Source of the DNA: Candidatus Methylomirabilia bacterium
GTDB taxonomy: Bacteria > Methylomirabilota > Methylomirabilia > Rokubacteriales > CSP1-6
Direction: 5' to 3'
Assembly: GCA_041497895.1 (NCBI GenBank)
Contig: JBGQHJ010000128.1
Location: 1 to 13,944, forward strand
Length of the DNA: 13,944 bases
Shown: positions 1 through 7,007 of the stretch, piece by piece
How positions within the stretch are numbered: the first letter of the stretch is position 1
How the letters are laid out: each line of letters opens with the position of its first letter
Program-made: the position numbers and the translations under genes
Notes under the pieces: generated by a model
Databases searched by the model: none
What the model was told of the DNA's origin: nothing
Seen by the model: only the letters and a program-made list of their open reading frames with translations

Positions 1-83
1 CGTGTCGTCACCCGGCCGGCCCCCAGGGCCTTGAGCAGCCCGGGGCGATGCAACTCCTTTTGGCTCAACGTGAAGGTCTCCAT
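1..83 (-). CDS. IS1202/ISNCY-family transposase, N-terminal fragment (continues beyond window)
   Basis: ATG at 83 reads METFTLSQKELHRPGLLKALGAGRVTT, resembling the 'MSxKELxR' HTH-leading N-terminus of ISNCY/IS1202 transposases. It lies directly inside the repeat-bearing end. Confidence 0.65.
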   Translation of the reverse strand, partial: METFTLSQKELHRPGLLKALGAGRVTT

Positions 84-138
84 AGGGGGAGGACCTTTTC
101 ACGTGGCAGTTACCCCCGGACATTTTCATGTAGCAACA
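1..138 (-). mobile_element. Left end of an IS1202-like (ISNCY) insertion sequence, truncated by the window edge
   Basis: Minus strand starts TGTTGCTACATGAAAATGTCC at 138 (TGT terminus). Plus-strand GGACATTTTCATGTAGCAACA (118-138) has a subterminal imperfect copy GGACCTTTTCACGTGGCAGTTA (91-112). A transposase-like ORF follows from 83. Confidence 0.7.
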
Positions 139-158
139 GCAGAACCGGTCAAGCAACC

Positions 159-188
159 TTGACACACCGCCAAGGTGGGTCCTACGCT
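159..188 (+). promoter_or_regulatory. sigma70-type promoter of the HD-GYP gene, probably leaderless
   Basis: TTGACA (159-164), 18 bp spacer, TACGCT (183-188). ATG at 195 starts 7 nt after the -10; no Shine-Dalgarno. Confidence 0.6.
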
Positions 189-194
189 CGTGAC

Positions 195-2093
195 ATGCCA
201 CGCCGAGTGGTCTGGTACCCGGCGGGTTCCCCGGCGGCCTCCCTGCTCTCCGCGCTCCCCGGCGATCTCGAGGCGATGCCGCTGCCCGCGCGCGGCGTCC
301 CGCGACCGGGACCCGACGAGGGCGCCGTCGTGCTGCTCGACCTCACCGCGGGCGACGGCGCCGGGGCGAGCGCGCTGGCGTCGCTCGCGCCCGATCTTCC
401 GGTGGTGGCCCTAGTCGCCCCGGGCGCCGCGCCACCCGCCGGCTGCTACGCGTACGTGACCGCGTCGGCCGCGCCCGAGATCCTGGCCGTGACGCTGGCC
501 AACGCGTGCGACCACGCCTGGGCCCGCCGCGAGGCCGACGCCACCCGGCGCGAGCTCGAGCAGCTCAACCAGATCGGCGTCAGCCTCTCCGCCGAGCGGG
601 ACACCGACGCGCTGCTGACCCTGATCCTGAGCAAGGCGCGCGAGATCACCTGCAGCGACGCCGGCTCGATCTACCTGGTGGAGGAAACGCCGGACGGACC
701 TCCCCGGCTGCGCTTCAAGCTCGCCCAGAACGACTCGGTACAGGTGCCGTTCACCGAGTTCACCCTGCCGATCGACGACGCCAGCGTGGCCGGGCACGTG
801 GCGCTCACCTCGTCGGTCCTCCAACTCGACGACGCCTACGTGCCGCCGGCCGGCTCGCGCTTCCAGGTCAACCGGGAATTCGACGAGCGGGTCGGCTATC
901 GCACCAAGTCGATGCTGGTGGTGCCGATGGCGACGCCCCAGGGCACCGTCATCGGGGTGCTGCAGCTCATCAATTGCAAGCGCGACACCGGGGTGGCGCT
1001 CGGCACCCCCGCCGCCGTCGAGGCCGCGGTGACGCCGTATCCCGAGCGGTTCCGCAGCCTCGCCGCCTCCCTCGCCTCGCAGGCCGCGGTCGCGCTCGAG
1101 AACAGCCGCCTGTACCAGTCCATCCAGACCCTGTTCGAGGGCTTCGTGCAGGCCTCGGTCACCGCCATCGAGTCGCGCGATCCCACCACCTCGGGCCACT
1201 CCTTCCGGGTGGCCGACTTCACGGTGGCCCTGGCCGCCGCGGTCGACCGGGCCGATCACGGCCCCTTCCGCGAGATCCGCTTCTCCACCGACGAGATGAA
1301 GGAGATTCGCTACGCCTCGCTCCTCCACGACTTCGGCAAGGTGGGCGTGCGCGAGGACGTGCTGGTCAAGGCCAAGAAACTGCCGCCGGGGCATCTCGAT
1401 CTCATCCGCCAGCGCGGCGAGATCATCCGCCGGGGACTCGAGCTCCGCCACGCTCGCGGGAAGACCGACTGGCTGCTCCAGCACGGCCGCGACGGCTTCG
1501 CGGATCGCTGCGCGGAGTGGGACGCCGAGCTCGCGGCGGTCCTCGCCGACGTCGACGTCCACCTGAAGGCGGTCGCGGCGGCCAACGAGCCCACCGTCAT
1601 GTCGGACGACGTCTCGGCCGGGATCCGCGACCTGGCGGGCCGCGTCTTTCCGGACCACCTCGGTGAGCCGCTGACCCTCATCACGCCGGACGAGGCGCGC
1701 GTGCTCTCGATCACCCGCGGGAGCCTGACCTCCGACGAGTACCGCCAGATCCAGTCGCACGTGGTCCACACCTACCAGTTCCTCAAGCAGATCCCGTGGA
1801 CCAAGGAGCTGCGGCGCATTCCCGAGATCGCGCGCTCCCATCACGAGAAGCTCGACGGCTCCGGCTACCCCGCGGGCTGGCGCGCTCCGGAGATCCCAGT
1901 CCAGACCCGGATGATGACGATCTCGGACATCTTCGACGCCCTGACCTCGCGCGATCGGCCCTACAAGCCCGCCGTCCCGGTGGAGCGCGCGCTCGACATC
2001 CTCGGCCAGGAGCGCCGGGCGGGAGCGCTCGACGGCGAGCTCCTCGCCCTCTTCATCGCGGTCCGTCCCTGGGAGAGCGCCGACCCGTCGTGA
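195..2093 (+). CDS. GAF + HD-GYP domain metal-dependent phosphohydrolase (c-di-GMP phosphodiesterase-like), with a degenerate receiver-like N-terminus
   Basis: GAF region (DAGSIYL...YRTKSMLVVPM...VIGVLQLIN...LASQAAVALENSRLY); HD-GYP motifs RDPTTSGHSFRV, LLHDFGKVG, HHEKLDGSGYP, SDIFDALTSRDRPYK. Start placed at ATG 195 because 48-194 overlaps the IS end and promoter. Confidence 0.9.
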   Translation: MPRRVVWYPAGSPAASLLSALPGDLEAMPLPARGVPRPGPDEGAVVLLDLTAGDGAGASALASLAPDLPVVALVAPGAAPPAGCYAYVTASAAPEILAVTLANACDHAWARREADATRRELEQLNQIGVSLSAERDTDALLTLILSKAREITCSDAGSIYLVEETPDGPPRLRFKLAQNDSVQVPFTEFTLPIDDASVAGHVALTSSVLQLDDAYVPPAGSRFQVNREFDERVGYRTKSMLVVPMATPQGTVIGVLQLINCKRDTGVALGTPAAVEAAVTPYPERFRSLAASLASQAAVALENSRLYQSIQTLFEGFVQASVTAIESRDPTTSGHSFRVADFTVALAAAVDRADHGPFREIRFSTDEMKEIRYASLLHDFGKVGVREDVLVKAKKLPPGHLDLIRQRGEIIRRGLELRHARGKTDWLLQHGRDGFADRCAEWDAELAAVLADVDVHLKAVAAANEPTVMSDDVSAGIRDLAGRVFPDHLGEPLTLITPDEARVLSITRGSLTSDEYRQIQSHVVHTYQFLKQIPWTKELRRIPEIARSHHEKLDGSGYPAGWRAPEIPVQTRMMTISDIFDALTSRDRPYKPAVPVERALDILGQERRAGALDGELLALFIAVRPWESADPS

Positions 2094-2106
2094 TCAGGGG
2101 CTGGGC

Positions 2107-2391
2107 TCAGGCCCCGAGCAGCGCCGCCAGCATGCCCCACGAGAGCACGCCCAGGAGCATCGCCGCCGCGCCGAGCCACTCGGCCGCGCGCGGTCTCCTC
2201 ACCTGTTGAGCGCTCAGGCGCAAAAAAAGGGGAGCGGTCGTAACCGTACGCGCGCGCACGCCGACCCAGACCCGCGAGCGAGTGCGTCGCCGTCCGTCGC
2301 TCCGCCAGTCACGGCGCGTGATGGGCCGCCGCTTCCTGCTTCGTGTCACCGTCACCAGTCGCCGCATCACCTGCTCCTTTCCACTGCTCAC
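2107..2391 (-). CDS. Small Arg-rich protein with a C-terminal transmembrane helix, downstream of lexA (start GTG 2391 or ATG 2367)
   Basis: Starts 10 nt after the lexA stop with GAGGGAG before the GTG; GAAAGGAG precedes GTG-ATG (2370/2367). C-terminus WLGAAAMLLGVLSWGMLAALLGA is hydrophobic with GC3-rich codons. Confidence 0.6.
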   Translation of the reverse strand: MSSGKEQVMRRLVTVTRSRKRRPITRRDWRSDGRRRTRSRVWVGVRARTVTTAPLFLRLSAQQVRRPRAAEWLGAAAMLLGVLSWGMLAALLGA

Positions 2392-2401
2392 ATCTCCCTC
2401 G

Positions 2402-3031
2402 TCACATCTGCCGCACGATGCCGACCACCTTGCCCAGGATGCGGAAATCGCCCCGTCCCGGCTCGACCACGATGGGCTTCATGGTCGGGTGCTCCGGCCG
2501 CAGCACCACCGCGCCGCCCTCCCGCCCGAAGCGTTTCACGGTGGCTTCCCCATCGAGCATGGCGGCCACGATGTCGCCGCTACCGGCCGTCTCCTGCTTC
2601 CGCACGAGCACGAGGTCGCCGTCGACGATGTGCGCGTCGATCATGCTCTCGCCACGTACCCGCAGCGCGAACACGTCCTGCCCGCCGGTGCCGAGCCAGT
2701 CCGGCCGGAGCGGGATGGTGTCCTCGTGGTTCTCGACCGCGGTGATGGGCGCGCCCGCGGCGATGCGCCCGACCACCGGGATCCCCGCCGGCTCCGCGCG
2801 TCGGGCCCCCTTGTGGCTGGGCAGGATCAGCGTCCGGGACGCCCGCTTGCCGGTGACCCGTCGCTCGAGCATGCCCTTCCGCTCGAGCGCCCGCAGGTGG
2901 TCGAACGCGGCGCGGGCCGTGAACCCGAACTTCTCGCCGATTTCCCGGACCGTGGGCGGGACACCCTGCCGTTCGCCGAACGTCCGGATGAACTCGAGTA
3001 CCTCGCGCTGCCGATCGGTCATCTCTCTCAC
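2402..3031 (-). CDS. lexA: SOS transcriptional repressor LexA
   Basis: wHTH (TDRQREVLEFI...PPTVREIG...HLRALERKG), Ala-Gly cleavage site (VGRIAAGAPI), catalytic Ser (VRGESM) and Lys (ATVKRF). SD GGGAGGAG 8 nt before GTG 3031. Confidence 0.96.
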   Translation of the reverse strand: MREMTDRQREVLEFIRTFGERQGVPPTVREIGEKFGFTARAAFDHLRALERKGMLERRVTGKRASRTLILPSHKGARRAEPAGIPVVGRIAAGAPITAVENHEDTIPLRPDWLGTGGQDVFALRVRGESMIDAHIVDGDLVLVRKQETAGSGDIVAAMLDGEATVKRFGREGGAVVLRPEHPTMKPIVVEPGRGDFRILGKVVGIVRQM

Positions 3032-3058
3032 CGTGGCGACTCCTCCCTTGCTCGAGCC

Positions 3059-3096
3059 TCAACAGGATGATAGTCAACACCCGTTGAGTCCGGCAA
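3059..3096 (-). promoter_or_regulatory. lexA promoter with a palindromic operator in the spacer (candidate LexA box)
   Basis: Minus strand TTGCCG (3096-3091), 18 bp, TATCAT (3072-3067). Inverted repeat TCAAC-ACCC-GTTGA at 3074-3087; extra TCAAC half-site at 3059-3063. Confidence 0.6.
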
Positions 3097-3098
3097 GC

Positions 3099-3128
3099 AA
3101 AAAAAGGGGGCCTACCCGGCAGGCTCCC
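3099..3128 (-). terminator. Intrinsic terminator overlapping the tatB stop codon
   Basis: Minus strand GGGA-GCCTGC-CGG-GTAGGC-CCCC followed by T7. Confidence 0.5.
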
Positions 3129-3585
3129 AGGGCTCGCAGGACGGGCAGGCGGCGAAGCCGGCCTCCCGGGCCTCGACCACCCGCTTGAAGTAGATGCGCT
3201 CCGGCTCCCCGATCCGCCGCGCCCAGCCGCACTCCCGGCCGTGGAAGAGCTTGCCGCCGCGCTGGGCCACGTAGGCCTCCCCCTCCGGCATCGCGATGGC
3301 GGGCGCGTCGTAGGGGTTCAGCACCGACTCGGGCAGGGCCTCGGTCGCGGCCACCGGAACGGGGGCCGGATCGGGGGTAGCGGTCGCCAGGGGCTCGGGA
3401 ATGGGATCCGGCTCGTTGATCTTGAGGTTGGTCTCGATGGTGGAGCGGAACTCGTCGCTGGCGCGGCGGAACTCGCGCATCGCGCGCCCGAGGGAGCGGC
3501 CCAGCTGGGGGAGGTTCTTCGGCCCGAACACGAGGAGGGCGATGACGAAGATGAGGACCAGCTCCTGCAGGCCGATGTCGAACAT
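3112..3585 (-). CDS. tatB: Twin-arginine translocase TatA/TatB-family subunit with a C-terminal Ada-type Zn-binding domain
   Basis: N-terminus MFDIGLQELVLIFVIALLVFGPKNLPQLGRSLGRAMREFRR (TM helix, GPxxLP hinge, amphipathic helix, Glu8); Pro/Ala linker; C-terminal FHGREC...IYFKRVVEAREAGFAACPSCEP. TatA versus TatB is not certain. Confidence 0.85.
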   Translation of the reverse strand: MFDIGLQELVLIFVIALLVFGPKNLPQLGRSLGRAMREFRRASDEFRSTIETNLKINEPDPIPEPLATATPDPAPVPVAATEALPESVLNPYDAPAIAMPEGEAYVAQRGGKLFHGRECGWARRIGEPERIYFKRVVEAREAGFAACPSCEPWEPAG

Positions 3586-3607
3586 GAGTGGGTTGGCTCA
3601 GCCTCCG

Positions 3608-3616
3608 ATGATATCA
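3608..3616 (-). promoter_or_regulatory. Extended -10 promoter element for tatB
   Basis: Minus strand TGATATCAT (TGn-TATCAT), ending 22 nt before ATG 3585; same -10 hexamer as the lexA promoter. Confidence 0.4.
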
Positions 3617-3735
3617 CCCCGCGCGAGGCCGGCCGCCGAGCGCAACTTATGCGCGCTTTCGGCGCCTAGACCGCGACCGACCTTCTCGGCGCGACGGATC
3701 GACGACGCGGAGCGGATTCTAGCACGCGCTTCTCC

Positions 3736-3764
3736 TTGCGCGCGCCCGACGCGCCCCGCATAAT
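3736..3764 (+). promoter_or_regulatory. sigma70-type promoter of FecR-domain gene 1
   Basis: TTGCGC (3736-3741), 17 bp, CATAAT (3759-3764); SD GGAGG at 3806-3810 before ATG 3820. Confidence 0.5.
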
Positions 3765-3819
3765 CAGTCACTCGGTCGCGGGCCGAGACACATTCGCGTC
3801 GGTACGGAGGCGGAAAACG

Positions 3820-6342
3820 ATGACACGGTGGACGGCAGCCGCAGTGCTCGCAGTGATGCTGGTCGCAGCGCATCGTTCGGTTCCGGCCGCCGCTCAGACG
3901 TCCGACGCCGTCGGCGTCGTCACCACGCTCGACGGGCGCGCCACGGTGGCGCGCCCTGCGCTCACCTCGCCGCTCGCCCTCAAGTTCAAGGACGACGTCT
4001 TCGGACGCGATCGCATCAGCACCCAGGAGAACTCGCTCATCCGGGTGCTGCTCGGCGGCAAGGCAATCCTCACCGTTCGCGAGCTCTCCCAGGTCACGAT
4101 CAGCGAGGAGCCGGGGCGCGCGGTGGTCACCCTGCCCAGCGGTAAGGTCGTGCTGGCGGTGGCCAAGCAGCGCATGCGACCGGGCGAGTCCGTCGAGATC
4201 CGCACCCCGAACGCGGTGGCCGCGGTCCGGGGCAGCATTCTCGCGGTGGCCTACGACGCGGTCCAGAACGTGACCACGGCCATCTGCCACTCCGGCGACT
4301 GCACCTACCAGTACGCCGGCGGTGCCACGAACCCGCTTCCGCCCGGGCAGGGCGCCAAGAACGGGCAGGTGGGCCCGGTTACCCAGGCCGAGCGGAACGC
4401 GGCGGTGAACGTCGAGCCGAACACCCACGTCTTCAGCGGGCCGGACGAGGGCTTCCAGACCAGCCTCTTCCAGGGACAGGCGGATCAGGCGATCCAGGTG
4501 GCCGAGTTCGTGAGCACTGGGACGGTATCGGGTCTGCCGAGCACGCCCAACCTAAACCCAAGCCCGTGGGCGCCGCTGAACGGCCTGACCAGCCATCCGG
4601 AGATAAGTAGCGGCAGCACGGGTGGCGGCAACGGGAGTGGTGGCAACGGGGGTGGTGGCAACGGGAGTGGTGGCAACGGGAGTGGTGGCAACGGGAGTGG
4701 TGGCAACGGGAGTGGTGGCAACGGGAGTGGTGGCAACGGGGGCGGTGGGGGAACTGGCGGGGGCGGCGGGACCCCGGGACCGAATCTGCTCGTCAATGGC
4801 GGATTCGAAACCGGGCTGCAGGGCTGGACCCTGACCGGATCGGGCGGAACCATCGCGGCGCTCGGCTCCGTGACGCCCCCCGAGGGACAGTCGATGGGAC
4901 TCATCTACAGTTCCGTCGGCGCGCTTCAGGGCGGAGGCCTCGCGCCTTCGCTCAATCCCCCCCTCCCGGCTTACACGGACTCGAGCAAGCTGACCCAGGC
5001 GTTCGCGGTCACCGCGAACACGCTCTACGTGATCAAGACCACGTATAATTTCTTCAGCAACGAGTTCCCGACCCAATCGACGATCTTCGACGACCGGTTG
5101 GAAGTCTCCGTCAAGGATCCATCGGGAACCACCACCCTCCTGGCCCTCGAGCGCCGCGACGCCTCGTTCACGTCTTCCACTGTTTCCTCCCAGACCGCAA
5201 GCGCGGGGGGCTTCACGATCTTCCAAGGCAGCGGCACCACCGGCTTCAAGAGCTTCACCCAGAACTGGGTGCCTACCGCATCCGGCCAGGCCGAGTACAG
5301 CCTCCAGGTCGGAGACGTGACGGACCAGGCGGTGCAATCGGCCGCGCTCATCGACGCGGTGCAGGTCTTCGCGGATCCACCGCTCTTCTTCGTGGGGGCC
5401 GGCCAGAGCCTGACCCGAACCCAGACTGCCCCCCTGCTCGAGCTCAATAACCAGCCCCAGACCTTCGACTCGCTCATCGCGGTCTGCTGTGGCGCGCGGG
5501 CCAGCCTGGCCGGCCCGCTCTTCCGCGCCTCGAACAGTGACCTGACGGTGCCCTTCAGCCTTGTGACTCTGATCCAGGGTGGCAGCCTCGTGAGCAGTAC
5601 GACCGATCCGCTAGTCTTCCTCCAGGGCGGCACCCATAGCTTCGGCGTCGGCGTCGGCCTGCCGATGTTCGACCTCTCGGGGGTGAACACCGCGACCGAT
5701 CCGGCGACCGGGCTCACTCTCGGCACCGATCGCCCACTCCAAACCGGCGGCCCCATCCTCGAGACCTCGGGCGCGACGGTCAACACCTACCAGGCGGTAC
5801 GCGTCGACAAGGCACTGCTCGAGGCCACCGCACCGCTGCTGGCCCTGCGCAACAGCAGCCTGTTCACGACCGCGGTCGACGCCGTACGGCTGTCGTATCA
5901 AGCCCAGGTCACGAGCCTCGGGCCGCTGGTGGCGCTCGACCGCAGCACCCTCTCGGTGTCCAACGGCGCGGCGCTCAATCTGGCCAGCGGGAGCCTGCTG
6001 AGCGTGACCGGCAATCTGTTCAGCCTTGCCAACGGCAGCACGCTCCAAGTCCTGAACGGGCCGCTGGTCACTCTGAGTGGTGGCTCGATGCTGAGCGTCA
6101 CCGGGGCACTGATCGCCTTCGGCGGCACCGGTGGCAACCTGGTCTCGGTGAGCAACGGCCTGTGTCCCTGCACCACGATCGGCGGGATACCAGTCAGTCT
6201 CACCGGCGGCGCGCTGGCGAGCAACGTGAGCATCACGGGCACCATCAAGAACGGAAGCCTCGGCGCCGTCAACGTCGCACCCAACGCGGCGGTGCTCAGC
6301 GTCAACGGGGCCGCCACGAAGGTCACGATCAAAGGCTTGTAG
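3820..6342 (+). CDS. Secreted FecR-domain protein 1: signal peptide, FecR domain, Gly-rich linker, CBM-like beta-sandwich, C-terminal beta-solenoid-like region
   Basis: SD GGAGG + ATG 3820; signal peptide ending PAAA|QTS; FecR-like DRISTQENS...LPSGKV...EIRTPNAVAAVRGS; (GGNGS)n linker; NLLVNGGFETGLQGW typical of CBM4/9-like folds; repeated L-x-L-x-x-G-S-x-L-x-V-x-G units. Confidence 0.85.
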   Translation: MTRWTAAAVLAVMLVAAHRSVPAAAQTSDAVGVVTTLDGRATVARPALTSPLALKFKDDVFGRDRISTQENSLIRVLLGGKAILTVRELSQVTISEEPGRAVVTLPSGKVVLAVAKQRMRPGESVEIRTPNAVAAVRGSILAVAYDAVQNVTTAICHSGDCTYQYAGGATNPLPPGQGAKNGQVGPVTQAERNAAVNVEPNTHVFSGPDEGFQTSLFQGQADQAIQVAEFVSTGTVSGLPSTPNLNPSPWAPLNGLTSHPEISSGSTGGGNGSGGNGGGGNGSGGNGSGGNGSGGNGSGGNGSGGNGGGGGTGGGGGTPGPNLLVNGGFETGLQGWTLTGSGGTIAALGSVTPPEGQSMGLIYSSVGALQGGGLAPSLNPPLPAYTDSSKLTQAFAVTANTLYVIKTTYNFFSNEFPTQSTIFDDRLEVSVKDPSGTTTLLALERRDASFTSSTVSSQTASAGGFTIFQGSGTTGFKSFTQNWVPTASGQAEYSLQVGDVTDQAVQSAALIDAVQVFADPPLFFVGAGQSLTRTQTAPLLELNNQPQTFDSLIAVCCGARASLAGPLFRASNSDLTVPFSLVTLIQGGSLVSSTTDPLVFLQGGTHSFGVGVGLPMFDLSGVNTATDPATGLTLGTDRPLQTGGPILETSGATVNTYQAVRVDKALLEATAPLLALRNSSLFTTAVDAVRLSYQAQVTSLGPLVALDRSTLSVSNGAALNLASGSLLSVTGNLFSLANGSTLQVLNGPLVTLSGGSMLSVTGALIAFGGTGGNLVSVSNGLCPCTTIGGIPVSLTGGALASNVSITGTIKNGSLGAVNVAPNAAVLSVNGAATKVTIKGL
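4621..4740 (+). repeat. In-frame 15-bp tandem repeat x8 encoding an (S/G)GGNG linker
   Basis: Eight units, six of them identical AGTGGTGGCAACGGG. Confidence 0.95.
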
Positions 6343-6356
6343 CGCGCTCGACGCGC

Positions 6357-6394
6357 CGTCCGACGCTTTTTGTTGGACGCCCGTCACGATTTGC
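6357..6394 (+). promoter_or_regulatory. Bipartite element copy 1 (palindrome + GTCACGATTTGC)
   Basis: CGTCCGAC-GCTTTTT-GTTGGACG (6357-6379), then GTCACGATTTGC (6383-6394) starting 15 bp from the palindrome centre; same layout as 6817-6853. Confidence 0.45.
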
Positions 6395-6396
6395 GA

Positions 6397-6808
6397 GTGA
6401 GACCCGATCGGAGCGCCCTCACCGTCGCCCAGGGCGGGGCGCTCGGCTTCGCCGGCGGTAGCGTGCTTCGCGTGACCGGCGATCTCTTCAGGCTGCTCAA
6501 CGGCAGCACTCTCTCGCTCCTGAACGGCCCCCTCGTGAGCCTGAGTGCCGAGTCGTTCTTGAGTGTGAACGGCGCCCTGATCGGCTTCGGCGGCGCCGGC
6601 GGACACACCGTGTCGGTAGCCGACAGCCTTTGCCCTTGCACCTCCATCGGAGGTCTCCCGGTCAGCCTGACCTACGGGCGCTCGCGAGCAACGTCGCCAT
6701 CGCGGGCGCGATCAGGAACGGCGGGCTCGGCTCGCTGAATGTCACCCTCGCGCGGCGGTGATCCGCGTCGACGGCGCGGCCACGAGAATCACGATCAACG
6801 GAATGTAA
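6397..6808 (+). pseudogene. 5'-truncated, frameshifted third paralog: C-terminal region of the FecR-domain protein family
   Basis: From 6406: DRSALTVAQGGALGFAGGSVLRVTGDLFRLLNGSTLSLLNGPLV...LCPCTSIGGLPVSLTYG / ALASNVAIAGAIRNGGLGSLNVT / AAVIRVDGAATRITINGM*. Colinear with the last ~134 aa of gene 1. Single-base losses at ~6677 and ~6747; no signal peptide, FecR domain or SD. Confidence 0.8.
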
Positions 6809-6816
6809 CCGGCCGG

Positions 6817-6853
6817 CGCGGACAAAAAGTGTCCGCGGCCGGTCACGATTTGC
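6817..6853 (+). promoter_or_regulatory. Bipartite element copy 2, candidate enhancer (UAS) for a sigma54 activator
   Basis: CGCGGACA-AAAAG-TGTCCGCG (6817-6837), then GTCACGATTTGC (6842-6853); about 100 bp upstream of a -24/-12 promoter. Confidence 0.5.
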
Positions 6854-6929
6854 AGAACGGCGCGCCTCCCCGACGCCCTCCGCTAGCCAGTTTCGTCACG
6901 TTTCCGCTCGGTTCAGGTTCATCCCCCCG

Positions 6930-6945
6930 TGGCAACAGCCTTGCT
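6930..6945 (+). promoter_or_regulatory. sigma54 (-24/-12) promoter of FecR-domain gene 2
   Basis: TGGCAACAGCCTTGCT fits TGGCAC-N5-TTGCW with exact GG-N10-GC spacing and one mismatch, ~60 nt before the start codon. Confidence 0.65.
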
Positions 6946-7007
6946 ACCTCTTCTACGCGGCCGCACGTCAGCGCCACGCAACCCGTGCACGGAGGCTAGT
7001 GGAGGCC

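Noticed and set aside
48..194. N-terminal extension of the HD-GYP ORF from ATG 48
   Set aside because: Overlaps the IS end, the antisense transposase start and the TTGACA promoter; not protein-like.
411..1844. Long antisense and alternate-frame ORFs over the HD-GYP gene (also over lexA, the barrel, M20 and IS5 genes)
   Set aside because: Shadow ORFs expected in high-GC DNA; no motifs, and they overlap well-supported genes.
2402..3031. Prophage CI-like repressor
   Set aside because: The LexA-type winged helix, a length of 209 aa and the absence of phage genes favour chromosomal lexA.
4621..4740. Possible CRISPR-like array, or the (VVATG)n / (VATTP)n ORFs
   Set aside because: Tandem repeat with no spacers; the other frames are by-products of the Gly linker.
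6739..6999. 86-aa ORF between the cassette and gene 2
   Set aside because: Out of frame with the homologous cassette tail and runs across regulatory motifs.
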